Assembly (NCBI RefSeq): GCF_016433145.1
Contig: NC_058132.1
Coordinates: 624,756,837 to 624,820,836 of the forward strand
DNA from: Gracilinanus agilis
Lineage: Eukaryota
Direction: 5' to 3'
Length of the DNA: 64,000 nucleotides
Of the stretch, positions 22,129-35,270 are shown in pieces; within the stretch, counting starts at the first letter, position 1; every line of letters starts with the position of its first letter. A program made the position numbers and the translations under genes. The notes under the pieces are model-generated. The model was not told where the DNA came from and did not search any database. It was given only the letters and a program-made list of their open reading frames with translations.

Positions 22129-23359
22129 AAGAAATCTAAAGCATTTCTCTGTAATGGAGCTCAAAGTTGGGATTCTGCACCACGGTTTCTTGTCATTGAC
22201 AGGCATGAAAGGTACGTGCCAACCCTTAACTCCTCTCTAAACTCTTGGATCTTTTTGGTGAATGGGCTAATTCTAGTGGGTGGCTTGGAAATCTGGGAGG
22301 GATTTTTGGAATATTTGAAGTGGTGAGGGGAGTGGATCGATAATTGTCCCCTTTACGGTAAGATTCATTACTTCTATAAAAATGAACAGAGCTACAATTC
22401 TCTTTTCCTGTCTACACTACAAACAACACACAACCGCATTTTTATTATAAAGTAATCATTAAATAGACCAGATGAAGCATTTCTTGTTCTGAGTCAGATC
22501 TTTGTAACAAACTCAACAATGTACTCTGGGCCATCTGCCAAGATCCAAAAATAGCTTTATTTTATAGAGCTACATAGTATCTTACACACAGCAGGTGATT
22601 AATAAATGTTTGCTGAACTGAAATGAATGAAATACTTTTTGAAAAAAATAGAATTCTACTTTTATGGATCTCATGACATTCAATAAAAGGTGCCATGTAG
22701 ACGCTTGTATGGAGCATTACAGTTGCCTGAGACACCCTTTCAACTACTGCATTATGCAAATTTCCAGCATCCTCTGCAGTCTTTCTTGCTAATGAATATT
22801 GATATACATGCAGTGTTTTAGCTTTTTTCCCAAGAAATCCCTCCAAGAAACAAATCAGGAAGGAATTGCTAGGTTCGAGCCCCATTGCTTTTATTAATTC
22901 AATAATGGAAAACTGAGGAAAGTTAGCAGAACCAAGGGGACTGTGGCCAGGTTTGCTTTGTGGAGAGCCTTCTTGAATGGCAAGACTCCAAGACTTGCTA
23001 CCTGCTGGGTACCAAAAGCCACAGCATTCCCTCAGCTCTGGGGTCCAGACTGGGACTGGCCATCTGGTAACTCTGTGACTGCTTCTGTCCCCAGATCAGA
23101 CTCTGATCTGGTGCTGCTGGTCCAGCTACGCTGACAGGCACCCACAAACCTATTCAGAATTTACTTTTTTCCTTAGAATTACAGAATGTTAGACTTGCAA
23201 AGGACCCAAGAGACCATCTAGCCCAACTTTCTCTCATTGTACTGATGAAGAAACAAGGCCTATTGATGAGAAATGATTTGCTAAAGGTCACTTATTCAAT
23301 ATTTCAAAAGAGCTAGGATTTCACTGACGGCAACCAACACAGACTACACCTACCTTGGT

Positions 23360-23570
23360 AATGGGATTCTTAACCTTTTGCACCATGGAACCCCATTGGA
23401 GTCTTGTGAAGCCTACGGGCTTCTTCTCAGAATAATGCTTTTAAATCACTTTAGAAAATGTAAATTTTCCATTAGAGATTAGTGAAAATAAAGATGTAAT
23501 TTTTTTTCCCATCTAGGTTTGTGGACCCTCTGAAATCTATCCATGGAGCCCAAGTTAAAAATTATTTTCT
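23360..23570. mobile_element. Old hAT-Charlie-type MITE (MER-like)
   Basis: GGGATTCTTAACCTTTTGCACCATGGAACCCC...GAAGCCTA...CTTCTCAGAATAATG; reverse-complement similarity to the element at 49286-49829. Confidence 0.55.
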
Positions 23571-25181
23571 TAGAAGAGATTCTTAGAATGGCTTCATTCA
23601 TTGCAGAATGACATACATTTTCACACCCAGCCAAAGTGGATATCTGTTTTCCTTTACTATGCATATTTGTTAAAAGATTTTGTTTTCTTTTTTTTTCTTA
23701 TTTGAGTAGAGAAAGTAATACAGGAGAGGGGAAGGAAGGAAGGAAGGAAGGAAGGATCATTAAACACGTTTTTTGAAAAGCAAAGAAGACAAAAGAAGGA
23801 AGGCCAAAGAGGGATCCTGTAAAAGCAGGTCAACTTTGAAAGTAACATGTTGAATTTATTATTTACTTTAGAGAAAAGCAATCTAGATTTGTGGTTTCTT
23901 TTACAGCCCTAGCTTTTCTACTATTTCTACTACTAGAATGAAGTGCCCCTTTGAGTTGATGCTCAGAATTTTTTAAAAATAAGGAATGAGTATGTTGAAA
24001 TTTAGTGGCCAATGAAGCTTTTTCTGAACAGAGCTTGATGTCCTCAGATAGTTAATCGTTTAAGCCCGTACCTGAAGCCTCTCCAACTTGGTAGTCCCTG
24101 CCAAGAAATATTTCCCCATGGGTATAGTCTTTGAGAACCCAGGGTCAAATCTGAATTGTGATGACACTTTAGAGGAGATTTTTCATGAAAACCCCAAGGT
24201 CATGCAGCAAAATAATGGCAGAATCTTGGCTCGTTGACTCCCATATTCTTTCCCCTACAAAATGTTGCCTTCCAATATGAATAATAAGGTGACTTACATC
24301 TTTGAACCAAAACAAGGATATTTTTTTAATAATTAAATTTTATCCTGAGATTCTATCCTAAAGTCAAGGTCTTTCTCACCTCTGAACTTTGTGATTTTCC
24401 ATATCATGGTAGTTATATAAATGGCTGCACAGCTGAAGATGTAAGAATCTGTCAAATCAAATGATGGTTTCTGTCTATAGTTAATGAGCTAAAGACCAAG
24501 AATGGAAAAAGGAAGCACTTTACAAAGAGATCTCTTTATTCTGGAATTTAGCTCTAGAAACTTCTCATGAAAACAGAAGAGTTTAGATTATTTTAAAGTG
24601 GGTACTATTCCTAACTGGCAAGGGTTCACTTTTACTGGTAAAAAACTGAATCCAATTAATTTTCCCTCCATAGTAAAGCATAAGCTTCTCCAGGGCAGGA
24701 ACTAAAGACAGAGGTCTTTAGAGATTGACCCAAGTTGGTCAACTCTTATCTCCAAGAACTCTAAAAGAGGGAGGAACTCTCAATAAGTGTGATTGGTCAA
24801 TGAATGAATGGACTGATCAACAGTAGACCTAGATTCCTAATGACACCAACACTATCCATATGACCTTAATTTTGACATTCTTCCCCTACTTGGCCTCAGT
24901 TTACCCACTATAAAACAAGGAAGTCGGAATAAATGTTCTCTTAGATCTCTTCCAGCTCCTAGGATTCTCTATGTTTTGATGGTTCAAAAATAGGTAAAAT
25001 CCTTGGAACATAGACTGCTAAAAAGATATTCAAACATTTCCTTTCAAAATTTTTCAAAATCATCTTTCAAAACCCTGGTAATGAACCAATTAAACAGAAT
25101 GTCCATGGTTAAAGCAAAATAATTCACAGGGCCAGAGATTTGGAGCTGAAAGTCATCTAAAACCCAAATCCTCATTTTATT

Positions 25182-25423
25182 GATAACAACTAACACTTAT
25201 AAAGTGCTTTAAGGTTTGCAAAACTTACAAATATTTTGTCTTCACAACAACCCTAGGAAGTAAGTGCTATTACTATCCCCATTTTGTAGACAAGGAAATT
25301 GAGGTAGGCAAGTTAAGTGGCTTACTCAGAGTTAAACAGCTAGTAAAGGTCTGAGGCTAGATTTGAACTCAATTCTTCCTGATTCTAGGTCTCACATTCT
25401 ACATGCTTTGCCACCTAATTGCC
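25182..25423 (-). mobile_element. Mar1 CORE-SINE
   Basis: AAGTGCTTTAAGGTTTGCAAA...CACAACAACCCTAGG...ATCCCCATTTTGTAGA...TTTGAACTCAATTCTTCCTGA. Confidence 0.8.
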
Positions 25424-25480
25424 TCATTTTACAGATAGAGAAAAATGAGAAACTACTTCCTTAACTCCATGCCCATCCCA

Positions 25481-25686
25481 TTTTTTTAACTCTTACTTTC
25501 TATCTTAGAATCAATGCTGTATATTGCTTTCAAGGCAAAAGACTATTAAGTAAGGGTGAGGCAATGGGCATTAAGTGACTTGCCCAGGGTCACCCAACTA
25601 GGAAATGTCCAAGGCCAGATTTGAACACAGGGCAACCCAGTCTCTAGACCTGGCCCTCAGGCCACTAAGCTACTTGGCTGCCCCCC
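25481..25686 (-). mobile_element. Opossum CORE-SINE
   Basis: TTAAGTGACTTGCCCAGGGTCAC...GGCCAGATTTGAAC...GCTGCCCCCC. Confidence 0.85.
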
Positions 25687-26359
25687 AAGTCCATTACTTT
25701 TTAGGTGCACCAGGATGTTCCCTCTTTCTTGGAGAACATCTTCATAGTCTACCTGGTAAAGTATTTTGAAATTTAGTAGGATTAAGCTCAGAGAAAAATA
25801 CAAGCACTAAAGGGTTTACCTAAATTGACCTTCTCTTCCCTGCAAGGGTCAGTGAAGTAATCCTCACCAGGACTCTACGATAAGATTTCAAAATATTATT
25901 GGCCTGTGCCGTAAATTTCTCTAATGGGAAAAGATGAGTTCTAAGCAATGAGAAATATAAAACTCCCTTGTGACCAGAAAGGCAGCACTGGAAATCTTCA
26001 CTTGGGGTTGGCAGATGGAAAGCCCTATTACTTGTGAGATTATAGCAAAGAGAAAAAAATAAATTTACCTTGATGTTTAGTTATTGTGATACACACACTA
26101 GTACAATGTAAGTCTCTGCTAAAAGGCTATTTATTAATGAGAGAACCATCACTGGCTGGTTTATTGTTGAGTTTCCATTTAGTCATGTTTTTCCAAAGCT
26201 AACTGCCATTATCATAAGCCACAGTAAATAAAACTGATAATACTTGAAAATTCTTGAATTCCACACAAGCAAGACAAGCATAGATAAGATCCTTACCTTC
26301 ATTCGATAACATCCTTATTTTAAAAAAGAAACTTTTAAACAGTTAGCCCAGGGGAGGGA

Positions 26360-26564
26360 GGGGGCAGCTAAGTGGCTCAGTAGGTAGAAAGCCAGTCCCA
26401 AAGGTCCTGGGTTCCAATCTGGCCTCAGATACCTCCTAGCTATGTGACCCTGGACAAGTCACTTAACCCCCATTGCCTAGCCCTTACCACTTCTTCTGCC
26501 TGGGAACCAATAAACAGTATTGATTCTAAGACAAAAGGTAAGGGTTTAAACAAAAACAAAAAAA
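26360..26564 (+). mobile_element. Opossum CORE-SINE
   Basis: GGGGCAGCTAAGTGGCTCAG...GTGACCCTGGACAAGTCACTTAACCCCCATTGCCTAGCCCTTACC...AAGGTAAGGGTTTAAA. Confidence 0.9.
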
Positions 26565-26901
26565 TAGCCTTGGGATTAAAAGACCAAAGAAAAAGACTAA
26601 TTTAATTTTTTTTAATTTCTTTCCTCATGGATATTTAGGGAAATTTTCACTTTGTACCATTATCTATTGCCCTTTACTTGCCTAGTAAGCCAAAGTCATC
26701 TTATTCACCAACATTTGTCCAGAGGATGAAGAGGCATTAAAAAGCTCTGAAGAACTTTACAAAATCCTGCAAACCAAGCTAAACTACAACTTGTTGCTTG
26801 GTGACTTGAATCAAAAAAGAGAGAACAGGGAAGGAGAGTAAAGAGAATATTGGGAAATAAGGACCAGAATTAAGAAATGAAAGTGATCCAAGGCTTATGA
26901 G

Positions 26902-26902
<1 letters not shown>

Positions 26903-26948
<46 letters not shown>

Positions 26949-27130
26949 GAGACAGCCACAGAAAGACACATACATAGAGACAGAGACAAAGACAGAAAAA
27001 GAGATAAAGGCAGAGACAGACACACAGAGAAAAAGACTTACATGAAAACAGAGACAGAGAAAGAGATGAAGATAGACAAGAGAAAGAGAAGCGTAAAGAG
27101 GACAAATAGATAAGATAGATGATATATAGA
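26903..27130. repeat. (GA)n and degenerate GA/GACA/GATA tract
   Basis: Direct reading; source of the spurious 187-aa and 107-aa ORFs. Confidence 0.9.
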
Positions 27131-28279
27131 TGGACAGTAGTGGCAGCTGGATAAACAAATACAGTTGAAAGAAAAAAAAGGAAGGAAAGGATAGACATAG
27201 AGCTATCATTAGATCCATACCTTCCCCCCTTTTCAGTTCTCTTTTCTGTGTCCTCTACCCCCCATAAGAATGTAAGCTCTTTGAGGGCAGGGAATGCCTT
27301 TTGGCTCTTATTTCCAGTGTTAAGCTTGGTGCCCGCACACATAATAAGTTTGTCTAGGTGAAACTGGAAATAGAATTGTAGATGGCAAGGACCTGAGAAG
27401 CTAATAGAATTCCTCTTATTTTTGCAGATTAGGACACTAAAGCCTAAAAGTAAATGAACTTGAACCCAGGTCTTCTGAGTCCAAACCTGATACCACCATG
27501 ATTTGAGTAAGAAATTACACCCAGGTCAACATAGTTAGCAGCAAATCAATCATGAAAGTTTCCAAAGCCAGGAAAATAGGTCCCGGGACAATAAGCATCA
27601 CCCTTCAAATCTCTTTCTTAGGAAGCCAGTCATAAGTCAAAAATTCAACTTGAATGTCGATGAAGTGGGCAGATCCTACTTATTTGATGACCATTCCTTT
27701 CCCTGGGTCTCTACTCTCTACTCTGAACTTTTTACCCCAGAGGTGCTATTTTATTATCCTAGAAAAGTTACAAAAGGCAGGAAAAACAGATACTTAATAT
27801 GGCTTGAGGAAATGGAAGGATACTGATGAGATAGCCAGTCACTGTCCAAAAGACTGAATCCCAAAACACCCTAGACAATGCACCACACATTGGATGTAAG
27901 ACACCAAAAAGTTTCTTGCTACCTTAGGATGTCCTCTCCTACAATCACTCAGTAATACGTGCAGAGTACTCTCTTCAAGGCTATGGGGAATGCCAAGGAA
28001 ATAATTCAACTCAGAAGGAACTTTAGAGACTGACTACCTGAGGAGAGAAGACATGTGACAAAAAGCAATCCATACTTTGTTTTGTTTTTTTGGCAATGAT
28101 GTGGAAAAGAAAAGAAGGAAGGAAGGTATTGCTCACGGAGGATGGGAAGATGGTTGCTGGCAACAGAAAGAACATGGAGCTGTCCATTTATTTTGCTTCT
28201 GAGATGTATGGCCTGGAAAGAGAGCACAAAACTGGCTACATGAATAATAACATCCCAAATGTATGTTTACAAGAGAGTC

Positions 28280-28500
28280 AGAGTACGCCTCGCTGTCCTT
28301 GAAGTCATCTTAACAGAAAATGAACCAATCTCGAAGCGACAACCTAGATTTCTCTAGTTCTTCGGGTCTCATCCATCACTTTGCCCAGTCAAATCAGTTG
28401 TAAAAATAGTATCATTCCAAATTTTTAAGTAACCAAAGAAAGCCCAGCTACATAAAATGACGCGTCTGCTGTTAAGCAGCGAAGTGATAAATGGGAAGGA
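28280..28500. promoter_or_regulatory. Small CpG-retaining enhancer-like island
   Basis: 8 CpGs in about 195 bp; ATGACGCGT and GATAA motifs; no repeat recognised. Confidence 0.35.
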
Positions 28501-30282
28501 ATTGGTAGATTGTTGATCTGATGTCATTAAACTACAAATGATTGAGGTAAATGGGAAAAGCACCACTGTTTAAGGCAAATTTTTTAGAGGAAACCAATTT
28601 TTCTTCAGTCTACAAAACCATGGAATATCTGGTATAACTTTAACTCCTGAAAAATTTTAGAACATATCATTCATTAAAGGGGGAGTAAGCATAAACATTT
28701 TGAAAAGGAAGCCGTAATCACAAAGAACCAGAATGGCTCCATCAAGAACAGTTGATGTCAACAAGCAAAGCAATGCTGGAACTACTGTGTTCAATTTGAA
28801 ATTTATCTGTTTTAAAGCTGTGTGTAATGGAGATTCACAATTTCCTATGTGGTCTTTTTTTCCCTATTCTGTTAATGTGGAAATGTTCATGTTTTTTTTT
28901 AATGTTTATCAAGTTCATAGTAATATTTTTAAATAGAAAAGTAAAAAAAAAAGTTTGTCAGACTTAGATTTTATGTTTAAATAAAACTTCTTGACAATTA
29001 ATGCTATCGAAAAATATAAGCATTAGCCTTGGGAGGTATAGCTTCTCTCCCACAACTGCCACCACTCCTAATGAACCTAAAGCAAAGACTAGATGGCCAT
29101 TATTGAGTATACCATAGAGGGGATTCTTGTTAAGGTCTGTGTTCAAACTACAGGGCCTCTGCTATCCATTCCAAAGTTAAGATTCTTTCTGTACAGATAT
29201 GAAATAACTGAAGAATATGCTTTTAGAGACTGGCCTAGCACTACAGGCAAGCATGATTAGTGGAAACTAATGTGTGCCCCCAAAACTCACTTGTCCCCAA
29301 AATAACTCCCAGTCTGGAATGCCAAGTGCATTCAATTCCCATATTAGTCATTTCTTTGACTTAAGGTATTAAGGGCACCTGACAAGGTAAAAATCTGTTA
29401 CCTGGAAGCCAAGAACCTTACCTTGTGCTCAACAATTGTTTTTTTTTTCATAATTAAATAGGTAGCAGCCATTAATATCTTAACCACAAATTAATTTATT
29501 AGATTAAGTAACACAAAATCCAGCTATCTCTTATTCCTCAAGGTGATGAGTAGGAGATGAAAAATAGGACACTACCCAGGGAAGGAAGATTTATATGGGA
29601 TATCACAAGGGGCCCACCTTTAGCAGTCAGAAGGATGCAGAAATACAGTAGTTACTACAGTGAAAATGAGGAGCAAAAAAAAAAAAAAAAAAAAAAGGAG
29701 GTGATAAAAAAGCCACTAAACAAAAAGTAGTAGAACTCATAAAGCAAACTTCCCCCTTTCCAATTTTGCCCTGGGCCAAATAGTATATAGAAACAAATAT
29801 CTTAAAGAGGTAAAATCAATAGAAAACATAACACTGAAAATCAGTTGATAACTCTGTGTGACCTAACTTGGAAATACTGTATGTTATCACTATTTTATTA
29901 TTCAATAAGTGTCTTGCCATTAAAAAGGGTTTTTTTTCTATTCTGCTTTGAATTAAAAGTTAATATCTGACTACTTAATTGGAATGAGCTATCCTTTACT
30001 AAAAAAATATTTTTAAAGCATCCTTACCATGTATGAGCTTTTAAATATTCTGCTTTTTATATACAAATAACAAGTTATTGCAGCACTTAATAACAAGAAG
30101 CTAGACTAGTTCAAGATAATACCATAAAAAATAAGTAGGGGGTCAAAATAGCTTGTAGAGAGTAAGAAAAGTGCTCCTCATTCAGATTTGCAACTGGACA
30201 AAATTAATTTGTTCACCTTAATCCTTTTTAGTTAATTTATAAAGCACATAAAAATAAATAACATTTTTAAAAAAGAAAACAC

Positions 30283-30335
30283 AAATACAATAATGAACTA
30301 AACTGACACATAAATACAATAATGAACTAAACTGA
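30283..30335. repeat. 24-bp direct duplication with 29-bp period
   Basis: AAATACAATAATGAACTAAACTGA at 30283-30306 and 30312-30335. Confidence 0.9.
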
Positions 30336-30759
30336 GATTTTTCCATTTGGTCATTTAATTTCCTAATCTAACCACTCAAGTCAAGAAATGTGAAAATTTA
30401 AAAAAAAAAATCAGAGCTCTCAAATCACAGTCAGATGCCTTAAATTCCATGAATACTAGAGAACCCTTTTGAGGGGAATCCCACATTACTGACATCACTA
30501 CTTCTGGTCATTTATAAGTCAATATATGTGTAATTTCTTCAATGTTAAGTACGGAGTTAAGTCTTGTGCATTTCTTCACATCAATCCACAAATCCAATGT
30601 GTGGAGACCTTCCCCCAGAGCCCTTGAGGTTGCCCATCTGAAACTGATTTCCCACAAATGTTCAACAAAAATGTGAAGCCCCTTTTATGTACATGGCACT
30701 CTACAAGGCCCTGAGAACACAAAGATGAGAATAAACGTGGCTAAGTAATTGAGACTCAG

Positions 30760-31230
30760 TGAGTCTTCTTGACTTGAGGCTTGTTGTCCATACCGAACAC
30801 CCAACATCAGAAACCTTGGAACTCACCTGGTCTCTCTCCTTTGTCCTTCATTTCTTTATCTTCAATCAATTACCAAATTCTGTTGATTCGACTTTTATAA
30901 GATAGCTCACACCTCACTCTGCCTCTCTACTCTTACAATAGCCACACACAAGCCAGCCCGATCATCAAGCTTTATTAAAAAGACTCAACAAAATCTCATT
31001 TTCAATAAATGTCACCTCTTCCAGTGGACCATTTCTGATTCTTCCAACCCTGGTGGTTGGGTTCACTCTAGTGAAACCATCAGTACTTGTTTACTTCTGG
31101 AAGAGTTCTACCCTTTTAGTAGAATAAAAACTCCTCGAGGGCAAGGGTTGCTTCATTTTTAATCTCAGAACACCCAGTGCCTCACATAAAGCCTGACACT
31201 CAACAAGCATTTAATGTCTGAATTGAACTT
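30760..31230 (+). mobile_element. L2 3' fragment
   Basis: CAATCAATTACCAAATTCTGTTGATTCGAC...CTCCTCGAGGGCAAGGGTTGCTTCATTTTT...CAACAAGCATTTAAT. Confidence 0.65.
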
Positions 31231-33359
31231 TACCTTCACTACCAATAAATCATTTATGAGACAGATTGCCATCAAACACATAAAGCAATGTAGTAAGAGA
31301 TTAAAGTAGCTTCCTGTATAATAACTAAATATAAGAGCTCTGATTTAAAGCGTGTTACCAGTAGAGGACAAAAGTAACTGGCTGCGACAAATAGATCTTG
31401 ACATAAAAACACAAATACAGCCTAAAAGTAAAGTATGAGGGCTGACATTTATTGACCTTATAAAATACAAAACCTTTTCCACTCGAGATGATAGCTTATA
31501 CTGGCTTGTTGCTTCGAATCCAAGGTCTGGTAAATGTGGGGATATTTATAACATGTGACTTTCCCTTCAGCCTCCCTTCCCTTTACATAGAAAGCCAAAA
31601 CAAAACCATAAAAAGTATACTTATAAAATCATAAGCCATACACTATAATAGGTAAACAAAAGCCCTTTAACATCAGAGGCCACAAAAGAACAGAAGATTA
31701 AAAAGCAAATCATAAACAGCTGTATTTCCCCTACTCGTTGTTTACATTTCTTAGGCATTCACTCTTAAAAAATATTCCCTATGTAGATCAAAACATTCTG
31801 TACTTTGAGAAGGATAAAACAATGACGTGAGCTTTAAAATATTATACAGTTTACATATAAACAGAGCTCAGTTGATGCATATTACCCCAGTTGGTAGTAA
31901 CTAATCTGAAAGTGCTCAAAAGGATGGATCTACAATTAAGAAAGCTAATTACTGTCATCTACAGAAATGTCTAAACTCTAACCTTACTCCTCTCCCCCTC
32001 AAAAAAGATGTCTGTCTTGAAAAGTATGTGTTTTCCAGTATACTTGAGATGGTATGTAATCTGGGTAAAATTAACTTAGCCCAAACCCAAACAGAATGCA
32101 AGTTCACATTCTTTTTTTTTTCCAAGTCAGTGTAGACTAGAGTGGCATCTAAGTCAAATGGTGACAAGACTCTCTCTCTTCTTGCTCTTCTTCACTTCTC
32201 AAGTACTCCAGCACCCCTAAGGCTCAATGGGATTGAATGGCTCCCCTAATCATGATTCTGAAGAGAATGCTGCCCCCTACTCCTTAAAAGAAGATATCTT
32301 TAACCAAAGCTCTTGTTTTGGTGCATTAAAGCACCAAACTCTCATGTAATAAATACAAATCTATTTATATATTACACATGGATTTCTGGAACCAATGTAA
32401 AAACTAAAAGAAAAAAAGGTAAATATTCTAGACTAAGGAAAATTATAGTTCCATGTGAATCTCTGTCTTTTAATCTTTCAGAATGCTTGTTTTATACTTT
32501 AAAAAAAAGTCTACACTACAAGAAAGTTAGGCAATTTAAAAAAAAGAAAGGAAAGCATCTTTCTTTTTCATTTTTGCCAAGCCGGTCTTTTAAAACTGAC
32601 CTCCTTCTAGAAATCCTCTTGATTAATGACATCCCACTACAATTATTCTTTTATTTTCAATATCTAACTTACTTCTACATCTTGTGTATCCTATAGTTTG
32701 TGTTTCTTACTATGATGATGTATAATTCTATCTTAACACAATTATTTGGTTTCTGATTTAGAAGTTAAGTTCTAGTTAGACTGATCTTTCTTTATCCCTT
32801 ACAACCTAGAGTATGTAAGAAGAGACTAAATTACGTTCAGTAGGCAGTATTTAATAATATAATGAAGCAATTTATTAAACAACTAGCTAAATAATCTAGA
32901 AGGAAAAGTCTCAAAGATGGGGGAGAGGTGATTTTCTAACCAAGTGGCCTGCTCTTAACCTCAACCTCAGTTTTTATGATTACAAAAATGACTCATTGTG
33001 GTTTATATTGGGAGGTACAAGCACTATTGAAATTTTTCTAACCTTAACTGCCCTTACACACTATTCTGAAAACTCTCTTCCCATGAATGATTCTTTATTC
33101 CATTCCATTCTGACCAGCATGACATTCTTTCCTCAGATTCTTTCCAGCTAAAATACTGATGATTCCATTGCCTATTTTATCTTGTCTTCCAATCCTATTC
33201 AGTAGTAGATTGGGGCCAGAGCAACTAAAGTTGGCATCAGCTTTTCCAATCTATGGTTGTGGACTATATGCTCAATATATGTCATCAGCATATTAAGTCA
33301 GCAAAAGAGCTAATGGTCCCTTTGGCTTCAGTAGGAGAGGCAGAGGGCAGGGCTTAGGG

Positions 33360-34010
33360 AAGGAATGAGTCCACTGTACTCTGCCTTGATCAGAAAACAC
33401 CTGGAGTACTGAATGAGAACACTTAAAGAAGGATATGGGTAGTGATTGGATGCAGGATGTTCCTAGAGGGGCAACAAGATGATAAAGGGTCTCAAGATCA
33501 TATGCCATGAGAAGCAACTGAAGAAACTGGGGAGGTTTAGCCTAGAGAACAAAAGACCAAATACTAGAGCTATTGTGGCTTGTGAGAAGACATGGAGATA
33601 ATGCTTGTTCTGCTTACTAGGAACAGCAACAAGAAGTAGGGAAGAGGCAAATGTAAGCTTGATGAAAGCAGAAACTTGCTATGTGTTAGACTTATCTAAA
33701 ATTAGAATGGGTAGCCTAAGGAGGAAGCAGGTTTCTCCTCCTTGAGGACCTTCTAGGTCAGGGGTCGGCAACCTTTTTGGCCATGAGAGCCATAAACGCC
33801 ACATTTTTTAAAATGTAATTTCGTGAGAGCCGTACAGTGCTCACAGTGCCACTCCTGTAACAGCGCCTGAAAAAAAATGGACTTTATGGCTCCTGCAGAA
33901 AGAGCCATATCTGGCCCTCTAAAGAGCCAGATATGGCTCGAGAGCCATATGTTGCTGACCCCTGGTCTAGGTCTTCAAAAAAGGTTGGATGACCACATAT
34001 CATAAGTTCT
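33360..34010 (+). mobile_element. CR1/L3 3' fragment, interrupted by the hAT MITE
   Basis: CCACTGTACTCTGCCTTGATCAGAAAACACCTGGAGTACTG...TTTAGCCTAGAGAACAAAAGAC...CTTCAAAAAAGGTTGGATGACCAC. Confidence 0.7.
33759..33964 (+). mobile_element. 206-bp non-autonomous hAT MITE, OposCharlie1 (OC1)-like
   Basis: TIRs CAGGGGTCGGCAAC / GTTGCTGACCCCTG (1 mismatch); 8-bp TSD TTCTAGGT / GTCTAGGT; repeated GAGAGCC subterminal motifs; 5' sequence resembles OC1 as recalled. Confidence 0.85.
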
Positions 34011-35058
34011 AATGTATAGAGAATTCTTTTTCATACAACCATTAATATCAGGAAATGTTTATGATCAGATACCCATGGCATATCCTACACAGACTCCCAA
34101 ATTCATGTTCTAGAAGTTCTGATACTAAAATCCTTCATTGTTACCTCCATATACTTTTCCAGCAGGGAGAAGGACCTTTTCAACTTATCTTCTGTTCCCT
34201 ACCAATTAATCAAGATTGACAAAATAATGCAAGAAGCTAATTGCATTGAAAACTCTGAAAAGGAGTCAAAAGCTTAACAACTAAGTAATTTCTATATGGT
34301 ACAACTATATTCCCAAAAGAGTATGGGGAAAGGGACCCAAATACGTTTTCCCCTTGATATGTAAACAACGTTAAAAATTTTAAGACAAATAATGGATGGC
34401 GAATTTAAAATCACATTCTTTTCAAATACCAATGTGAAATTCAGGTACAAGACTGGGACCAAAAAGAATCACAGAAGATAAGCAAAATGGTTAGGACAGC
34501 AAGAAAAGGCATATAACTGAAAGCAAGAAATACAGCTTGCTGCCACTACAAAATGAAGGTCCTTTTTTCTTAAAAGTCTCAAAGATGGAAGCAATGGATT
34601 TTCAAAAACAGAACTTGCCAACAAGACTTTAAAACTGATGAGTTAAAAAGCTTGTATATCAATCAGAGTACTTTCAAGTCAGTGTTTTGGGGTTGCTAAC
34701 TTGGCATGATGCCATTAAAGAGATTCCTAGATCTTCTGGGTCTAGAATTAAATGCAAGCGATCTACAAAGGCACCTCTAAATTTAAGTATTCCTACATAT
34801 TTGATAATGAGACAATATGAAGTCAATCACCTTCCAAAAGTGTTTCTGCACTCCAATTTTTTCTTCTTGATCCAAGTAGAGATGATAAAAACTTATTGCA
34901 ATGCTCACTTTAAAATTATTCTTTAAATAGACTAAAATATTAAAACCTTAGTACGGTATCATGAAAACCACACAGAACAATTTATCAGTTCAGCATCAGG
35001 CAACCCAAAGAACTATTTTAGAAGCAACCAAATTATGCAAAGAAATTACAAGACCCTT

Positions 35059-35270
35059 AAGACACTAAACGATAACTCTAGCCCAACTACCAATAATATG
35101 AAATTAGGTCTTACTTAATGATATATGTAAAACCCAGTGGAATTGTGCATCAGCTAAGGGGAGTTAGGGGGGCTTGTGGGAGAGGGAAAGAACATGAAAT
35201 AGGTAAATATGGGAAAATATTCAAAATAAAAATTTAAAAAATTAAAAATTTTTAAAACTTAATAAATAAA
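35059..35270 (+). mobile_element. 5'-truncated opossum L1 3' end
   Basis: AAGACACTAAACGATAACTCTAG...GTAAAACCCAGTGGAATTG...AGAGGGAAAGAACATGAAAT; homologous to 2058-2246. Confidence 0.85.

Noticed and set aside
24380-24488. 109-nt minus-strand exon-like segment with good acceptor and donor and one open frame
   Set aside because: Peptide unrecognisable and IRS1 has no internal coding exons; treated as a pseudo-exon
25868-25920. 53-nt minus-strand exon-like segment
   Set aside because: Same reasoning; no independent support
26779-27342. Longest ORF (187 aa, minus) and the nested 107-aa ORF
   Set aside because: Translation of a GA microsatellite plus an L2 tail; low-complexity L/S/C sequence
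29395-29425. AG|GT recursive-splice-like site (TTCTTGGCTTCCAG|GTAACA) 20 nt after a strong donor
   Set aside because: Short pyrimidine tract and non-consensus GTAACA; only a nascent-RNA sawtooth pattern could support it
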